Virus record (IMG/VR): IMGVR_UViG_3300024496_000011
Source: a virus
Direction: 5' to 3' (one strand)
Length of the DNA: 64,000 nucleotides
Part shown: positions 9,850 through 20,037 of the stretch, in pieces
How the letters are laid out: each line of letters begins with the position of its first letter
Numbering within the stretch: position 1 is the first letter of the stretch
Made by a program: the position numbers and the translations under genes
Notes under the pieces: model-generated
Told to the model about the DNA's origin: nothing
Seen by the model: the letters and a program-made list of their open reading frames with translations, nothing else
Databases searched by the model: none

Positions 9850-12800
9850 TTACACCACGGGTACAGGTGTTTCTATTGGGACAAAAGCAACTTTTTCAAT
9901 AAAGTAAATTGTGTCCGAAGTATCCGTCTTTCTTATGTCACTATTTGCAAAAGCAACTGTAGAAGAAGTTGGTTGAATTGGTGACAATGAAGCGTTTGCT
10001 CCAGGTCCTGCTGAGTTCCACAATAACCATTTACCATTTCTCCATTCATAATAACTTCCATCTGCTGCTCTTTTTTTCTCACCTTCTTTTGTTCCACTAC
10101 CCAATCCAAATTCTTTAACAGTTGCTCTGAGATATGTATTTGATGCATCTGTAACAGAAATTTCTTGATTTGTTCCTAAGAATCCTCCACCTTTTTTAAT
10201 AAATTTACCTGTTTCTGGGTCATAAACAACTCCTTTGTTACCTATTGGTGAAGGTGTTGATGTTGGTGGTTGGTTTGGTTGTCCTGGTGGATTTTGTTTA
10301 GGAGCAGATCTTAATTTTTCTACAGTTACATTGATAACTCCAGTAGAGTGACTTGCTATTTTACCAAATGCACCATGACTCAAATCTATTATTCTACCAA
10401 GTTTATCAAATCCACCAGTGTCATTAACTCTAACTACAACACTCTTACCATTTGCATTGTTTGTAACTTTTGCCCAAAATGGTTGTCTGCCGTCAAATCC
10501 AGGACTAATCATTGCAGCTGTCATTTTTTTAGAATCAAAAATTTCACCACTAGCAGTTTGTCTTCCTTCCCAATAACTATCATTTGGTCCCCCATAATAA
10601 CTTGCTTGTCCAGAAATCTTTTTTCCTGTTCCTTGTAAATCTGGAGGAACAACTGTTGCTTGTTGTCTTTGGTACTCAAGAATTTTTTGTGGATTTGCAG
10701 GTCCTCCACTTAAATGTCCAAGAAGATATAAGGTTCCTCTTTGATCTTGGATGATTGTTACATTTCCATACCCATCATATCTCGGATCTGTACCTTCTTT
10801 AACATACTTTACAAACTTAAGACCTCCAGTTAGTTTGATTGGCTTCCCTTCGGGCATTGCCCAATCTTCACCTGCGTGTGTTTTCCCCCATCTTGGACCC
10901 GGACCAGAAGTAATAACCCAAGAACTCATTGGTTTACCACCAACAATAATATTATCTCTAACATTGCTTGGAAGATCTGTTTTAGCACCTGTCAAATTTT
11001 CAAAGTGAATATGGGGACCTGTCGAGTATCCAGTTGAACCAACATATCCAATAACCTCACCTTTTACATCTATTCCATCCACACCATCTAATGAATCTCC
11101 CGGTGTAACTCCAGGAACAGTATCTTTACCATCCAAATTCAATTCTCTATTTAAGTTCTGAAGTATTTTTGATGCAGAACTCTCAATAGAAATTGCAAGA
11201 GCATTAGAAATAAATCTACCAATTCTTTCTCCAATACTTAACCCACTTCCAAGTTGCTTTGTTGGAACAGATCCACCATTTGCCATCGCAATGGTTTTGG
11301 AAATATCACCAAAAGAATTATTAAGTTCCATGTTTACTGCATTCTCAACAACAGAACCAAATACATCACCGATTGATCTTGCAAGTTTCTTATCTGGTTT
11401 TTGTCCGAGGGTCATGTCAATGCCAGCACCAAACATTGCACCAGCGAGTCCATTGATAGACCTCATCTTCTTCACATCTTCAGAACTTCTCTTCAGTGCT
11501 CTTAATGCGCTTTTCTTCCCTGGTTCATCTGTTCCATATAACTCTTCGATTCTTAATTTACCGCCAGAATCTTTTCCTGGTTGTGTTTTTTGAGACTGAA
11601 TTTTTGGTGGAGTTTTTCTTGGTATAGTTTTAAGTCTTCTACTAGGTTTAGATAAAGATTGATTTCTTCCACTAACAGTTCCACCTTGCGCTTTTGCTTG
11701 AACTGGTTTTGTATTATAACCAACAACAGTGTCATATAAAGCTTTACCAATCCAATCGCCAGCAAAACCACCAACAAACATTCCAACACCAGCACCAAGT
11801 CCAAATGTTGTTCCTCCAGCAAGAGCAATACCAATTCCTTGTCCTATAGCACTTCCCACTGCACCAGCAGCTGCTCTAGATGGTTTTTCACGAAACACAA
11901 CAGTATCAATAATAAAACCAATTAATGATCCAATAACTGGTACAGCAACCAATGATTTCAAAGATTGTTTTGCACCTTGAGTTGCTAACTGTTTTGTTGT
12001 TTGTTTTGCCGCTTGTTGAGCAGCGACTGATTGTTCAAATGTTAATTTTTTCCTTGCAAGTTGTGATGCAAAATCACCACCCGCTTTAGATTGACCGGGT
12101 AAACGATATCTTCCGGGAGTCATTGCAGTTCCAGCACCAAATCCTCCAGTTGGTTTTGGAACTACGCCACCTAAAGTTTTCGAAACACTTGCTCCCAAAC
12201 CACCAGCAGATCCACCTGGAGTTTTTGGCGCAGTGCTTGCAATCAACATTGCAGCACCAATTGCACCATTCAATACGACATTTAAGTTCTTTGAGAACTC
12301 ATCAAAAGTCTTCTGTGCTCCTTCTCCACCAATCTGTTTAACAAAGTCTCTTGTTTGGTCATATGCTTTATAACCACGATCAATAAAATCAACCACACCC
12401 TGAAGTAAATTTTTAGCAAATCCCTCAATAAATTTACCTACAGGTTCAAGAACTTTTCCAAACTCCATAAGTTTGGGAAGTAATTCTCCATATTGATTGA
12501 AAAGATAACCAAGTAAAGTAAATCCAATAAAACGATTAATTCTATCAAAGATACTTTGTCCAGGAATTGATCCTATGAAATCAGATTTAATATTATTTTT
12601 TTTAACTTTTTCTTCTAATTTTTTTTCTTTCTGTTCTCTTCTAGATTTTTCTTCTTCTTTTCTTTTTGTAGATGCTTCCCTTTGATCTAGTAAAAGATTG
12701 TTGTTTATAATCTTACTTAAACTTATAATTTTTTTCTTAACTACAACTAGACTTCCAGGTTCATCAGTTCCCTTTTTATCTACCGGTTTTAAATCAGAAC

Positions 12801-12912
12801 CTGTTATCTTTTTTACTGAGATACTTTTAACAGGTACAAGAAACTTTGGTTTCTCTATTGCACTACTTTCTTTACTTGGGGGTAAAAGTTTTTTGGAATC
12901 TATAACTGCCAT
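9850..12912 (-). CDS. tape-measure-like protein with M23-type peptidase and RlpA-like (DPBB) domains
   Basis: N-terminal coiled coil; GYVGSTGYSTGPHIHFE and HAGED motifs; ASYYG...TASGEIFD...TAA...VRVND.G...RIIDLS..AF. Confidence 0.7.
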   Translation of the reverse strand: MAVIDSKKLLPPSKESSAIEKPKFLVPVKSISVKKITGSDLKPVDKKGTDEPGSLVVVKKKIISLSKIINNNLLLDQREASTKRKEEEKSRREQKEKKLEEKVKKNNIKSDFIGSIPGQSIFDRINRFIGFTLLGYLFNQYGELLPKLMEFGKVLEPVGKFIEGFAKNLLQGVVDFIDRGYKAYDQTRDFVKQIGGEGAQKTFDEFSKNLNVVLNGAIGAAMLIASTAPKTPGGSAGGLGASVSKTLGGVVPKPTGGFGAGTAMTPGRYRLPGQSKAGGDFASQLARKKLTFEQSVAAQQAAKQTTKQLATQGAKQSLKSLVAVPVIGSLIGFIIDTVVFREKPSRAAAGAVGSAIGQGIGIALAGGTTFGLGAGVGMFVGGFAGDWIGKALYDTVVGYNTKPVQAKAQGGTVSGRNQSLSKPSRRLKTIPRKTPPKIQSQKTQPGKDSGGKLRIEELYGTDEPGKKSALRALKRSSEDVKKMRSINGLAGAMFGAGIDMTLGQKPDKKLARSIGDVFGSVVENAVNMELNNSFGDISKTIAMANGGSVPTKQLGSGLSIGERIGRFISNALAISIESSASKILQNLNRELNLDGKDTVPGVTPGDSLDGVDGIDVKGEVIGYVGSTGYSTGPHIHFENLTGAKTDLPSNVRDNIIVGGKPMSSWVITSGPGPRWGKTHAGEDWAMPEGKPIKLTGGLKFVKYVKEGTDPRYDGYGNVTIIQDQRGTLYLLGHLSGGPANPQKILEYQRQQATVVPPDLQGTGKKISGQASYYGGPNDSYWEGRQTASGEIFDSKKMTAAMISPGFDGRQPFWAKVTNNANGKSVVVRVNDTGGFDKLGRIIDLSHGAFGKIASHSTGVINVTVEKLRSAPKQNPPGQPNQPPTSTPSPIGNKGVVYDPETGKFIKKGGGFLGTNQEISVTDASNTYLRATVKEFGLGSGTKEGEKKRAADGSYYEWRNGKWLLWNSAGPGANASLSPIQPTSSTVAFANSDIRKTDTSDTIYFIEKVAFVPIETPVPVV

Positions 12913-15008
12913 TATGATGCTCCTACTAGATCAGAAATACCCAATGACAATGCAATTTTTGATCTGGAATCATTATTACTTGAAATAATGAACTCAGGAA
13001 TTTTAGAACCTCTCGGAATAGAAGGTGTTTTAGTAGGTGATTTAATGGGTGGCAATACTGTATAAGTTGTTTTTGATACGATCACACGAGGACCTGGAGC
13101 AGGTGCTTTGGATTGTGGACCCATAGGAAATCCCATTCTTTTAGCATCATCTAGAGTTGGACTAAATGCTGGTTCAGGAAAAGCCATATCCATAAGAACA
13201 CTACCAACTCCACCACCAAGACCTTTTAAAACTTTAGGAGCAGATGAGAAAGATCTTAATGGTCTTTCTATTGCCTGACGAATTGCAGGAGTTGGTCCGG
13301 TCTTTACCATATTTGGAGTGAATGCCTTGAATGGATTCCACCCTCGATATCCAGTTGCACCAGATTGAAATGCTTTATTACTTCTCGTAATTTGTAAGGC
13401 ATCGTCACCAAATAGTGTTTTTGGATTTGGATTTTTTCTAGCATACTGTCCAAGTCCACCAAACTTTGCAGTATTTTCATTTGGAACTCTTACATTTCTT
13501 CCACGATTCCACCAATTCATAAATCCACGCATAGGATTAAATCCACTCCCACTGCTAGATGAAGTAGGAACAGTGTTAGAACCAATCATTCCACCACCTG
13601 CAGCGAACTGAATATTGTTTGCTATCTTTGGAATATTAGTTCCGCCAGCTTTTTTATTTAAATCTAAAAAGAAATTTGCTCCATGCTTATCAACTGCCTT
13701 TTTAGACATCACAACTTCACCTGGTTGTGCAGCAATTAATTGTGTATCAGGACCAGCACCTGTTATTTTTACACCACTATCGTTAGAAATTCCACCACCA
13801 CCTTCAAATGCAATATCATTTACATCAATTTCCCTATCAACTAAACCACCACCAAAGAAGGATCTTTTACCAACTAATCCTCCCCCATTGTAGTACATAG
13901 CGGACGGAGTTGGCAACCCTATTGGATTTTTAGGTCCGCCTGGAGCATTTAAACTTTGATTTGCAAATGATGCTCCAAGTTTTTGATACCAAGGAGTTTC
14001 TTTACTTTGTAATGTTTTATCTATTTCTTTTTGAGACTTCTGAGTGAGAGGTTTCATTCTCTCAGATTCTTTTATTTTTACAGCTCCACCAATAGCGGCC
14101 GCTGTATATAAACTTAACCAAGGATTAGCAGCAATAAATCTTCCAATTTGAGGAATAAATCCTCTGAGCATTTTAAGAGTAGTTCTTACAAACTTACCAA
14201 AAGGTGTAGCAAATAATCCATATGCAGTCAGTAATGCAGGCCACCAATCCTTTAAAAATCTACCAAGAGATTTTACTTTATCTGCATTCTTAGGATCACT
14301 AAACCATTTTACAAGTTGATTAAATGCATAACCAAGCAAAGTAAACTTAATAAATCTAAAGATGCGATCAAGTATTCCTTGAGCTGGAGCAATAATTTTC
14401 TTTGCAAGTGACTTTAATTGAGTTAGAGGTTTTTCTAGATCCCCTTCGCGTTGTCTTCTTCTACGATCTTCAGATTTCTTTTTCTCTTCTTCTGTTCTCT
14501 TTTTCTTTTCCTTATTTTGAAGTGTCAAACTTTTTAAAATATCATCCAGTGCTTTTTCAATATCTTGTATATCCTTAGAAGAATCTTGTGTTTCTGTAGG
14601 AGTTACTGGAACAATCGCTTTACTTGCAAGAAAAAACTTGTCTCTAGAAATTTGTATTGGTCCAGTTGTACCTATAGTTTCTGCTGTTATTTTTTTCTTA
14701 TTTAATTTAAATCTACCAGTTTTGCCCTTTACTCTTTTAAATTCACTGACAAGTAACTCATCTTCTTCAGTAGAAAGTTTCTTATCAAAACTTCTTGAAG
14801 CAACTAATTTTTCTTTCAGAAGAGAAGTGTATGTACCATAGTCAATATCAAAAACATCCTCTATCCCAAGAAGTTTTAAAATTCTTTCATCTATATTTTC
14901 ATCAACAAGATCCGTTTCTTTAGTACCTTCATACAAAGCAAGAGCGGATTCTTTCTTAGCTTCCGCTCTTATACTTGCAAGTAGGTCGTCCAGATCGTCA
15001 GGTCCCAT
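12912..15008 (-). CDS. tape-measure/baseplate hub-like protein
   Basis: 698 aa; coiled coil plus GPDTQLIAAQPGEVVMSKKAV motif; N-terminal region paralogous to 9850..12912. Confidence 0.6.
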   Translation of the reverse strand: MGPDDLDDLLASIRAEAKKESALALYEGTKETDLVDENIDERILKLLGIEDVFDIDYGTYTSLLKEKLVASRSFDKKLSTEEDELLVSEFKRVKGKTGRFKLNKKKITAETIGTTGPIQISRDKFFLASKAIVPVTPTETQDSSKDIQDIEKALDDILKSLTLQNKEKKKRTEEEKKKSEDRRRRQREGDLEKPLTQLKSLAKKIIAPAQGILDRIFRFIKFTLLGYAFNQLVKWFSDPKNADKVKSLGRFLKDWWPALLTAYGLFATPFGKFVRTTLKMLRGFIPQIGRFIAANPWLSLYTAAAIGGAVKIKESERMKPLTQKSQKEIDKTLQSKETPWYQKLGASFANQSLNAPGGPKNPIGLPTPSAMYYNGGGLVGKRSFFGGGLVDREIDVNDIAFEGGGGISNDSGVKITGAGPDTQLIAAQPGEVVMSKKAVDKHGANFFLDLNKKAGGTNIPKIANNIQFAAGGGMIGSNTVPTSSSSGSGFNPMRGFMNWWNRGRNVRVPNENTAKFGGLGQYARKNPNPKTLFGDDALQITRSNKAFQSGATGYRGWNPFKAFTPNMVKTGPTPAIRQAIERPLRSFSSAPKVLKGLGGGVGSVLMDMAFPEPAFSPTLDDAKRMGFPMGPQSKAPAPGPRVIVSKTTYTVLPPIKSPTKTPSIPRGSKIPEFIISSNNDSRSKIALSLGISDLVGAS

Positions 15009-15174
15009 TTTGTTGCTGTTTTGTTTTTTCTTCTTCTAGATAATTTTTCAACATTGCAACATAAACATCCCTTTCCCAAGGCATCATGTTTTCAATTTCC
15101 CATAATGAATATTTATGATACTGAATCAAAGCAAAGTTCAACTTATAAAAATTTTCAAGGTCCATATGGACCAT
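14998..15174 (-). CDS. gp51: baseplate hub assembly catalyst (58 aa, missing from ORF track)
   Basis: MVHMDLENFYKLNFALIQYHKYSLWEIENMMPWERDVY; directly downstream of gp26. Confidence 0.85.
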   Translation of the reverse strand: MVHMDLENFYKLNFALIQYHKYSLWEIENMMPWERDVYVAMLKNYLEEEKTKQQQNGT

Positions 15175-15176
15175 AC

Positions 15177-15896
15177 TTATGCGAAAAAACTGGATAAACC
15201 CTCCAGAACAACTTCACTCTCAACTTCAGTTTTTGGATTCTTAACCTTCACTGAATGCGAAAGTTTAGGCATTGTTTCAAAGAACTTTTCAATCTGCTTG
15301 AACTGAGACGAATTCATTTGTTCTAAAAAGTCAATAAGTTCTTTCTTAGTGACATCGCCAGAAACCCAAATTTCATCTTCAGTATAAATTTTATCAATAC
15401 AACTTGCAACAAGATCAAAAGATTGATCCATATTTGCATCACCAGAAAAATCAAAATTATTTTTAATGAATTGATCCAATGAAGGATATTTCATTTCCAT
15501 AATAATATTATCATCTACTTTAATTTTATTTGTATGATCTTCATTCTTTTGAATTTTGATTTCATCAATATTAATTTTTACGGAAACATAAGTTTCCCCA
15601 TCATCCGGACAAATAATATTAACTTCGACTTCTTCTCCTACAGATTTACCTCGAATATTTAAAAAGAGATATTCAATATCAAAAGTAGGTAACGATTCTA
15701 CTTTAATATTTTTTGTTAGAATACAACTTTTAATTACATTTTTAATTGCTGTTGTAATCTCTTTGGTATTCTCGCTTTCTAATGCAAGAACAAGAAGTTT
15801 TTCTTCCTTAACTAAAAAAGGTCTATATTGAATTTCTTTTCCAGTAGAAGGAAGTTCCAACTCATATGTTGGTGTAGAGATCTTTGGTAAAGGCAT
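15177..15896 (-). CDS. gp26: baseplate hub subunit
   Basis: MPLPKISTPTYELELPSTG..I.YRPFLVKEEK...FDIEYLFLNIRGKSVGE. Confidence 0.92.
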   Translation of the reverse strand: MPLPKISTPTYELELPSTGKEIQYRPFLVKEEKLLVLALESENTKEITTAIKNVIKSCILTKNIKVESLPTFDIEYLFLNIRGKSVGEEVEVNIICPDDGETYVSVKINIDEIKIQKNEDHTNKIKVDDNIIMEMKYPSLDQFIKNNFDFSGDANMDQSFDLVASCIDKIYTEDEIWVSGDVTKKELIDFLEQMNSSQFKQIEKFFETMPKLSHSVKVKNPKTEVESEVVLEGLSSFFA

Positions 15897-15929
15897 AATG
15901 ACCTATAGATGTTTCAGTGTGATTATTTA

Positions 15930-16667
15930 TTAAGCAATATTTGGTGGCGCAAATCCCTCAAATCCAGCTCCAACAAATCCACCAACATTTCCAGGGAGTT
16001 GCTGTAAACCAAAATTATTTTGTAATGGGCTTTCGTTACCATTACTAGTATTAATAGTGTTTATATTATTCATAAAATATCTGATGTAACTGAAAGATAC
16101 TGTACATTTCAACAATTGTGAAGAGTCATAAGATACTGGCATTGAATTAATTGAGATTGGATATGCGCCAATAAAAGTATACTCAACAAATTTATCAAAA
16201 TCTTTTTCAAATTTTTGCACATACATATCAACTCTATAATCATCTGGAAATTTTACTCTGTAGTAATAATTTCTTTTTGCTTGATCTTTATATTGATCTT
16301 CACCTACAGACCAAGACATCCAAGTTTCAAAAAATTTGATGATCTTATAATCATGATCAACATAAAAAGTAAAATCTATTCTATCATCATATTGTCTTCT
16401 GTAAACATGTCTCTCAGTCACACCAGTGAAATCATTATTAATTTCATGAGTTGCTAAAGAAGATCCTGGAAGAGACGCTTCGGAGCAAGAAAGAGTTAAA
16501 AGTTCTGGATCAATATCAGACTGTCGATCACCAAAAAATTTTGCAGCTTTATTTTTAATTTCTGAAGTATTAAAATAAACTGCATAATGGGAAGTTAATG
16601 CAGGTCTTAATATCTTTGACTTAAGTTCCGAAGTTGGATTAAATTTTGGTGTTTGACCTGAAGGCAT
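15930..16667 (-). CDS. gp54: baseplate tail-tube initiator (gp19/gp54-like)
   Basis: CSEASLPGSSLAT...RRQYDDRIDFTFYVD...AYPISINSMPVSY tube-protein fold; synteny. Confidence 0.7.
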   Translation of the reverse strand: MPSGQTPKFNPTSELKSKILRPALTSHYAVYFNTSEIKNKAAKFFGDRQSDIDPELLTLSCSEASLPGSSLATHEINNDFTGVTERHVYRRQYDDRIDFTFYVDHDYKIIKFFETWMSWSVGEDQYKDQAKRNYYYRVKFPDDYRVDMYVQKFEKDFDKFVEYTFIGAYPISINSMPVSYDSSQLLKCTVSFSYIRYFMNNINTINTSNGNESPLQNNFGLQQLPGNVGGFVGAGFEGFAPPNIA

Positions 16668-16672
16668 TTGCC

Positions 16673-16680
16673 TATAAATA
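16673..16680 (+). promoter_or_regulatory. T4-type late promoter
   Basis: TATAAATA at the head of the plus-strand gp4-gp2-gp48-gp53 operon. Confidence 0.7.
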
Positions 16681-16696
16681 TTTTTACTTATATATT

Positions 16697-17131
16697 ATGT
16701 ATATGAAAAAGATAAAAACACATTCGTATATTTGGGATACAACTAAATTGTGTGAAACATTCAATGTTAATGGAGCAACCATTTTATCCGAAACGTATGA
16801 ATATATTTCCGGAAACCATTTTTCCGGAATGTTAGGCAAAAAACACTCAGATGAAACTAAAAAACAAATGAGTGAAATTGCAAAAGGAAGAAATATGAAA
16901 AAAGCAATTGAGTCTTCTTCAAAAAAAAGAAAAGGAAATCCTGCACATAATATAGGCTGCGAATATCCACAGTTTCAGAAAGGAGGAAAAATAATATCAA
17001 AAGATGGAAAAGTGGTAGAATTTAAATGCATATCCCACATATGCAAAAAATTAAATTTAAATCCAACACATCTAGGTCAGGTCTTATCTGGAAAAAGAAA
17101 ATCTCATAAAGGTTGGAAAAATGCCTCGTGA
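16697..17131 (+). CDS. NUMOD3-motif DNA-binding protein (homing-endonuclease-like, no evident nuclease domain)
   Basis: GMLGKKHSDETKKQMSE NUMOD3 motif; C-terminal ISHICKKLNLN...LSGKRKSHKGW HTH-like domain. Confidence 0.65.
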   Translation: MYMKKIKTHSYIWDTTKLCETFNVNGATILSETYEYISGNHFSGMLGKKHSDETKKQMSEIAKGRNMKKAIESSSKKRKGNPAHNIGCEYPQFQKGGKIISKDGKVVEFKCISHICKKLNLNPTHLGQVLSGKRKSHKGWKNAS

Positions 17132-17573
17132 CTCCAAGTATCATCAGGGATATTTTCATCCAAAAAATCCAGAAAAATATATTGGAAACTCCCAAAATAT
17201 AGTGTATAGAAGTAGTTGGGAACTAAAATTTATGCAGTGGTGTGATCGCTCACCTAATGTATTAAGGTATGGATCAGAAGAATTTTGTATTCCATATTAT
17301 AATCCAGTAAAACAAAAAGTATGTAGATACTTTCCAGATTTTATTATTGAAGTTCTTGAAAATAATGGAAAAACGCAAAAATATGTGATAGAAATAAAAC
17401 CAAAAAAACAAACAGTTCCTCCAGTTCAAGGAAAAAAGAAAAATAAAACCTATATTAATGAAGTAAATACTTATACAGTTAATCAATCAAAATGGAAATC
17501 AATTCAGGAATGGTGTGATGATCATTTAATTAAGTTTCGCATAATCACAGAATCTGAATTAGGCATAAAGTAA
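17121..17573 (+). CDS. gp4: head completion nuclease
   Basis: FHPKNPEKYIG...YRSSWELKFM.WCD...YFPDF...IEIKPKKQT. Confidence 0.93.
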   Translation: MPRDSKYHQGYFHPKNPEKYIGNSQNIVYRSSWELKFMQWCDRSPNVLRYGSEEFCIPYYNPVKQKVCRYFPDFIIEVLENNGKTQKYVIEIKPKKQTVPPVQGKKKNKTYINEVNTYTVNQSKWKSIQEWCDDHLIKFRIITESELGIK

Positions 17574-17962
17574 TGGAAATCAAAGGGTTCGGGCAATATG
17601 TTGATTCAGGTTCAAAAAGAGTTAATGATCTAAAAGCAAGATTAAAAAAATACAAGTATACTGAACCCGATGATATTATGATGACAATTATGGAAGTCTT
17701 TCGTGAGGGAGACTTCGTTCCTGATGTTGGAAAATATTATACCTTTATATACTCAGCAAAAACAAAAGGATTAAGATATGATGAGTTCCCTTTGATCGCA
17801 ACACTTTCAATAGAAAAGTGGGGATTTACTGGACTTAATTTTCACTGGGGAACAGTCAGAAATTATACTTGGTTTGAAGTAAATAGCAAATTATTAGAAG
17901 TTAAACAAAATGAAATTGACTATCTTCGTTCTCTCGAATATGCAAAGTTTAGAACTAAATAA
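17573..17962 (+). CDS. gp2: DNA end protector protein
   Basis: PDVGKYYTFIYSAKT...YDEFPLI...GFTGLNFHW. Confidence 0.8.
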   Translation: MEIKGFGQYVDSGSKRVNDLKARLKKYKYTEPDDIMMTIMEVFREGDFVPDVGKYYTFIYSAKTKGLRYDEFPLIATLSIEKWGFTGLNFHWGTVRNYTWFEVNSKLLEVKQNEIDYLRSLEYAKFRTK

Positions 17963-18041
17963 ATAAAAAACATCTATAAATGTCTCATACTCTACAAAAA
18001 ATTGAGATGACTCATCATCTTATGGTTGAGGGAGATTTCTA

Positions 18042-19367
18042 ATGGCAACTGTATATAAAGACACTCCACCCCAATATTTTAAACCAACTATACAAAATAA
18101 TTCAGTTAATGCACAAGGATATTATGTAACTGTGACTGATGGAGTGACAACTGTATTCAGAAAAGGTAAGAATGCATCAGGTCAAGATGAAATTATAAAT
18201 GTTGGAAGTATTCCAAAAGTAGGTAGCGGTGGATTTACAAATACTAGTAATGCAAGCAAAGAAGAAATACAATATTTTACTGCCAATGCAAGAAAAACAG
18301 TCAATGAGCAAGCAGTTCCTGTAGTAAGTAGAGGAATAGGTGGATCTGCTGGGGGAGGAAACGCTAAAATTAATCAAGTCTTAGGGACAAATTTAGCTTC
18401 AACATCAGCAAATCCTACATCAGGAACAAAACCTCCAGATCCACCACTATTACCTCAAGACATATCAGTGTCAATTCCTGACAGCGATATATCAAAATCT
18501 ATAGATGAAACTTTAAAGGTAAATTTAAGGTATCCTTTAGGAATAAATTCAAACGATCAAGATAGAATAAAGTTTAGTGTAAAACAAATTATAGGAAGAA
18601 CAGGTATTAATATTAGTGCAGATGCAAAATTTAATCTAGGAACTAGAGATCTCTCTAAACCATTGGGAACTGTTGTTTTGCCAATTCAACCATCAATTTC
18701 AGATAGCAATGGCGTTGATTGGGGCGGAGCAAATTTAGATCCAATTACAGCATATGCTGCAGCTTTATCGTTAGATATTGCTGCATCAGGAGGAAATATT
18801 GCAGGAGAAGTATCAAGAGCTTTAAATTCAGCTGCAGAAGAATTTAAAAAAGGTTTTGGTGGTCCAAATGATAAAGGTTACAAAAAAGCACTTCAAGTTT
18901 TCTTTGCTCAACAAGCAGTAGGAGCTCAAAACTTATTATCAAGAACTGGTGGAGCAATTTTAAACCCCAATCTTGAACTTCTTTTTAATGGACCAACATT
19001 AAGACCATTCAATTTTACCTTTAGATTATCACCTAGAAATAAACCAGAAGCAGAACAAGTAAAAAAAATTATAAATTTTTTCAAGAAAGCAATGTCAGTT
19101 AAAAAAGCAGCATCTGAAGTATTTTTAAAAGCACCAAATGTTTTTGAAATAGAGTATCAATCAGGAGATGGTAAGTTACACGAATCATTAAATAGAATAA
19201 AAACATGCGCTCTTCTAAATTGCGATGTTGATTATACTCCAGATGGAAGTTACATGACTTTTGATGACGAAAATAAAACAATGACCTCATACCAGTTAAC
19301 TTTAAGATTTAGTGAACTTGATCCAATCTATAATACAGATTATACAAGTCATTCAATAGGATACTAA
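18042..19367 (+). CDS. gp48: baseplate tail-tube cap
   Basis: ILNPNLELLFNGPTLRPFNFTFRLSPRN..EA..VKKII.FFK. Confidence 0.9.
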   Translation: MATVYKDTPPQYFKPTIQNNSVNAQGYYVTVTDGVTTVFRKGKNASGQDEIINVGSIPKVGSGGFTNTSNASKEEIQYFTANARKTVNEQAVPVVSRGIGGSAGGGNAKINQVLGTNLASTSANPTSGTKPPDPPLLPQDISVSIPDSDISKSIDETLKVNLRYPLGINSNDQDRIKFSVKQIIGRTGINISADAKFNLGTRDLSKPLGTVVLPIQPSISDSNGVDWGGANLDPITAYAAALSLDIAASGGNIAGEVSRALNSAAEEFKKGFGGPNDKGYKKALQVFFAQQAVGAQNLLSRTGGAILNPNLELLFNGPTLRPFNFTFRLSPRNKPEAEQVKKIINFFKKAMSVKKAASEVFLKAPNVFEIEYQSGDGKLHESLNRIKTCALLNCDVDYTPDGSYMTFDDENKTMTSYQLTLRFSELDPIYNTDYTSHSIGY

Positions 19368-19368
19368 A

Positions 19369-20037
19369 ATGTCAAGTTACTTCAGACAAGTTCCAGACTT
19401 TGAATATGTTAATAGAACTGCAGATGCAAAGAACATTTCAGACTATAGAACTGTAAAAAATCTTTTTAAACGCGGAAAACTAAGAGAAGATATTTTTGGA
19501 GATCTTCAATTTTTTACAAAATACAAAATCATTGGAAACGAAAGACCCGATAATGTAGCGTATAAAATTTATCAAGATGCTACACTCGATTGGATTATTT
19601 TATTGTCAAATAATATACTTAATGTTCAAACTGAATGGCCATTATCACAAATTTCATTTGATAATTATTTGATGGATAAGTATGGAACATACTCAAATAT
19701 AAATGCGGTTCATCATTATGAAACAAAAGAAATAAAAGATAGTAATGAAATCATAATAGTTCCAGAGGGACTTAGAGTACCATCCAACTTTTCAGTAACT
19801 TATTATGATCGTATCCTAGGAAGACAAATAAATCGAACAAATATAACTAAAGAAATTACAAATTATCAATTTGAAGAAAAAATTCAAAATGATAAAAGAA
19901 ATATATTTGTACTTAAACCTAGGTATCTAAATGTAATCTTAAATGACATGAATGAACTCATGAAATATAAAAAAGGTGCCGCTCAGTATGAGAGCGACAC
20001 CTTAAAGAAAGGAGACAATATTAGACTTTACACTTGA
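19369..20037 (+). CDS. gp53: baseplate wedge subunit
   Basis: YF...PDFEY...ERPDNVAYKIY.D..LDWIILL.NNI...VHHYET. Confidence 0.92.
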   Translation: MSSYFRQVPDFEYVNRTADAKNISDYRTVKNLFKRGKLREDIFGDLQFFTKYKIIGNERPDNVAYKIYQDATLDWIILLSNNILNVQTEWPLSQISFDNYLMDKYGTYSNINAVHHYETKEIKDSNEIIIVPEGLRVPSNFSVTYYDRILGRQINRTNITKEITNYQFEEKIQNDKRNIFVLKPRYLNVILNDMNELMKYKKGAAQYESDTLKKGDNIRLYT

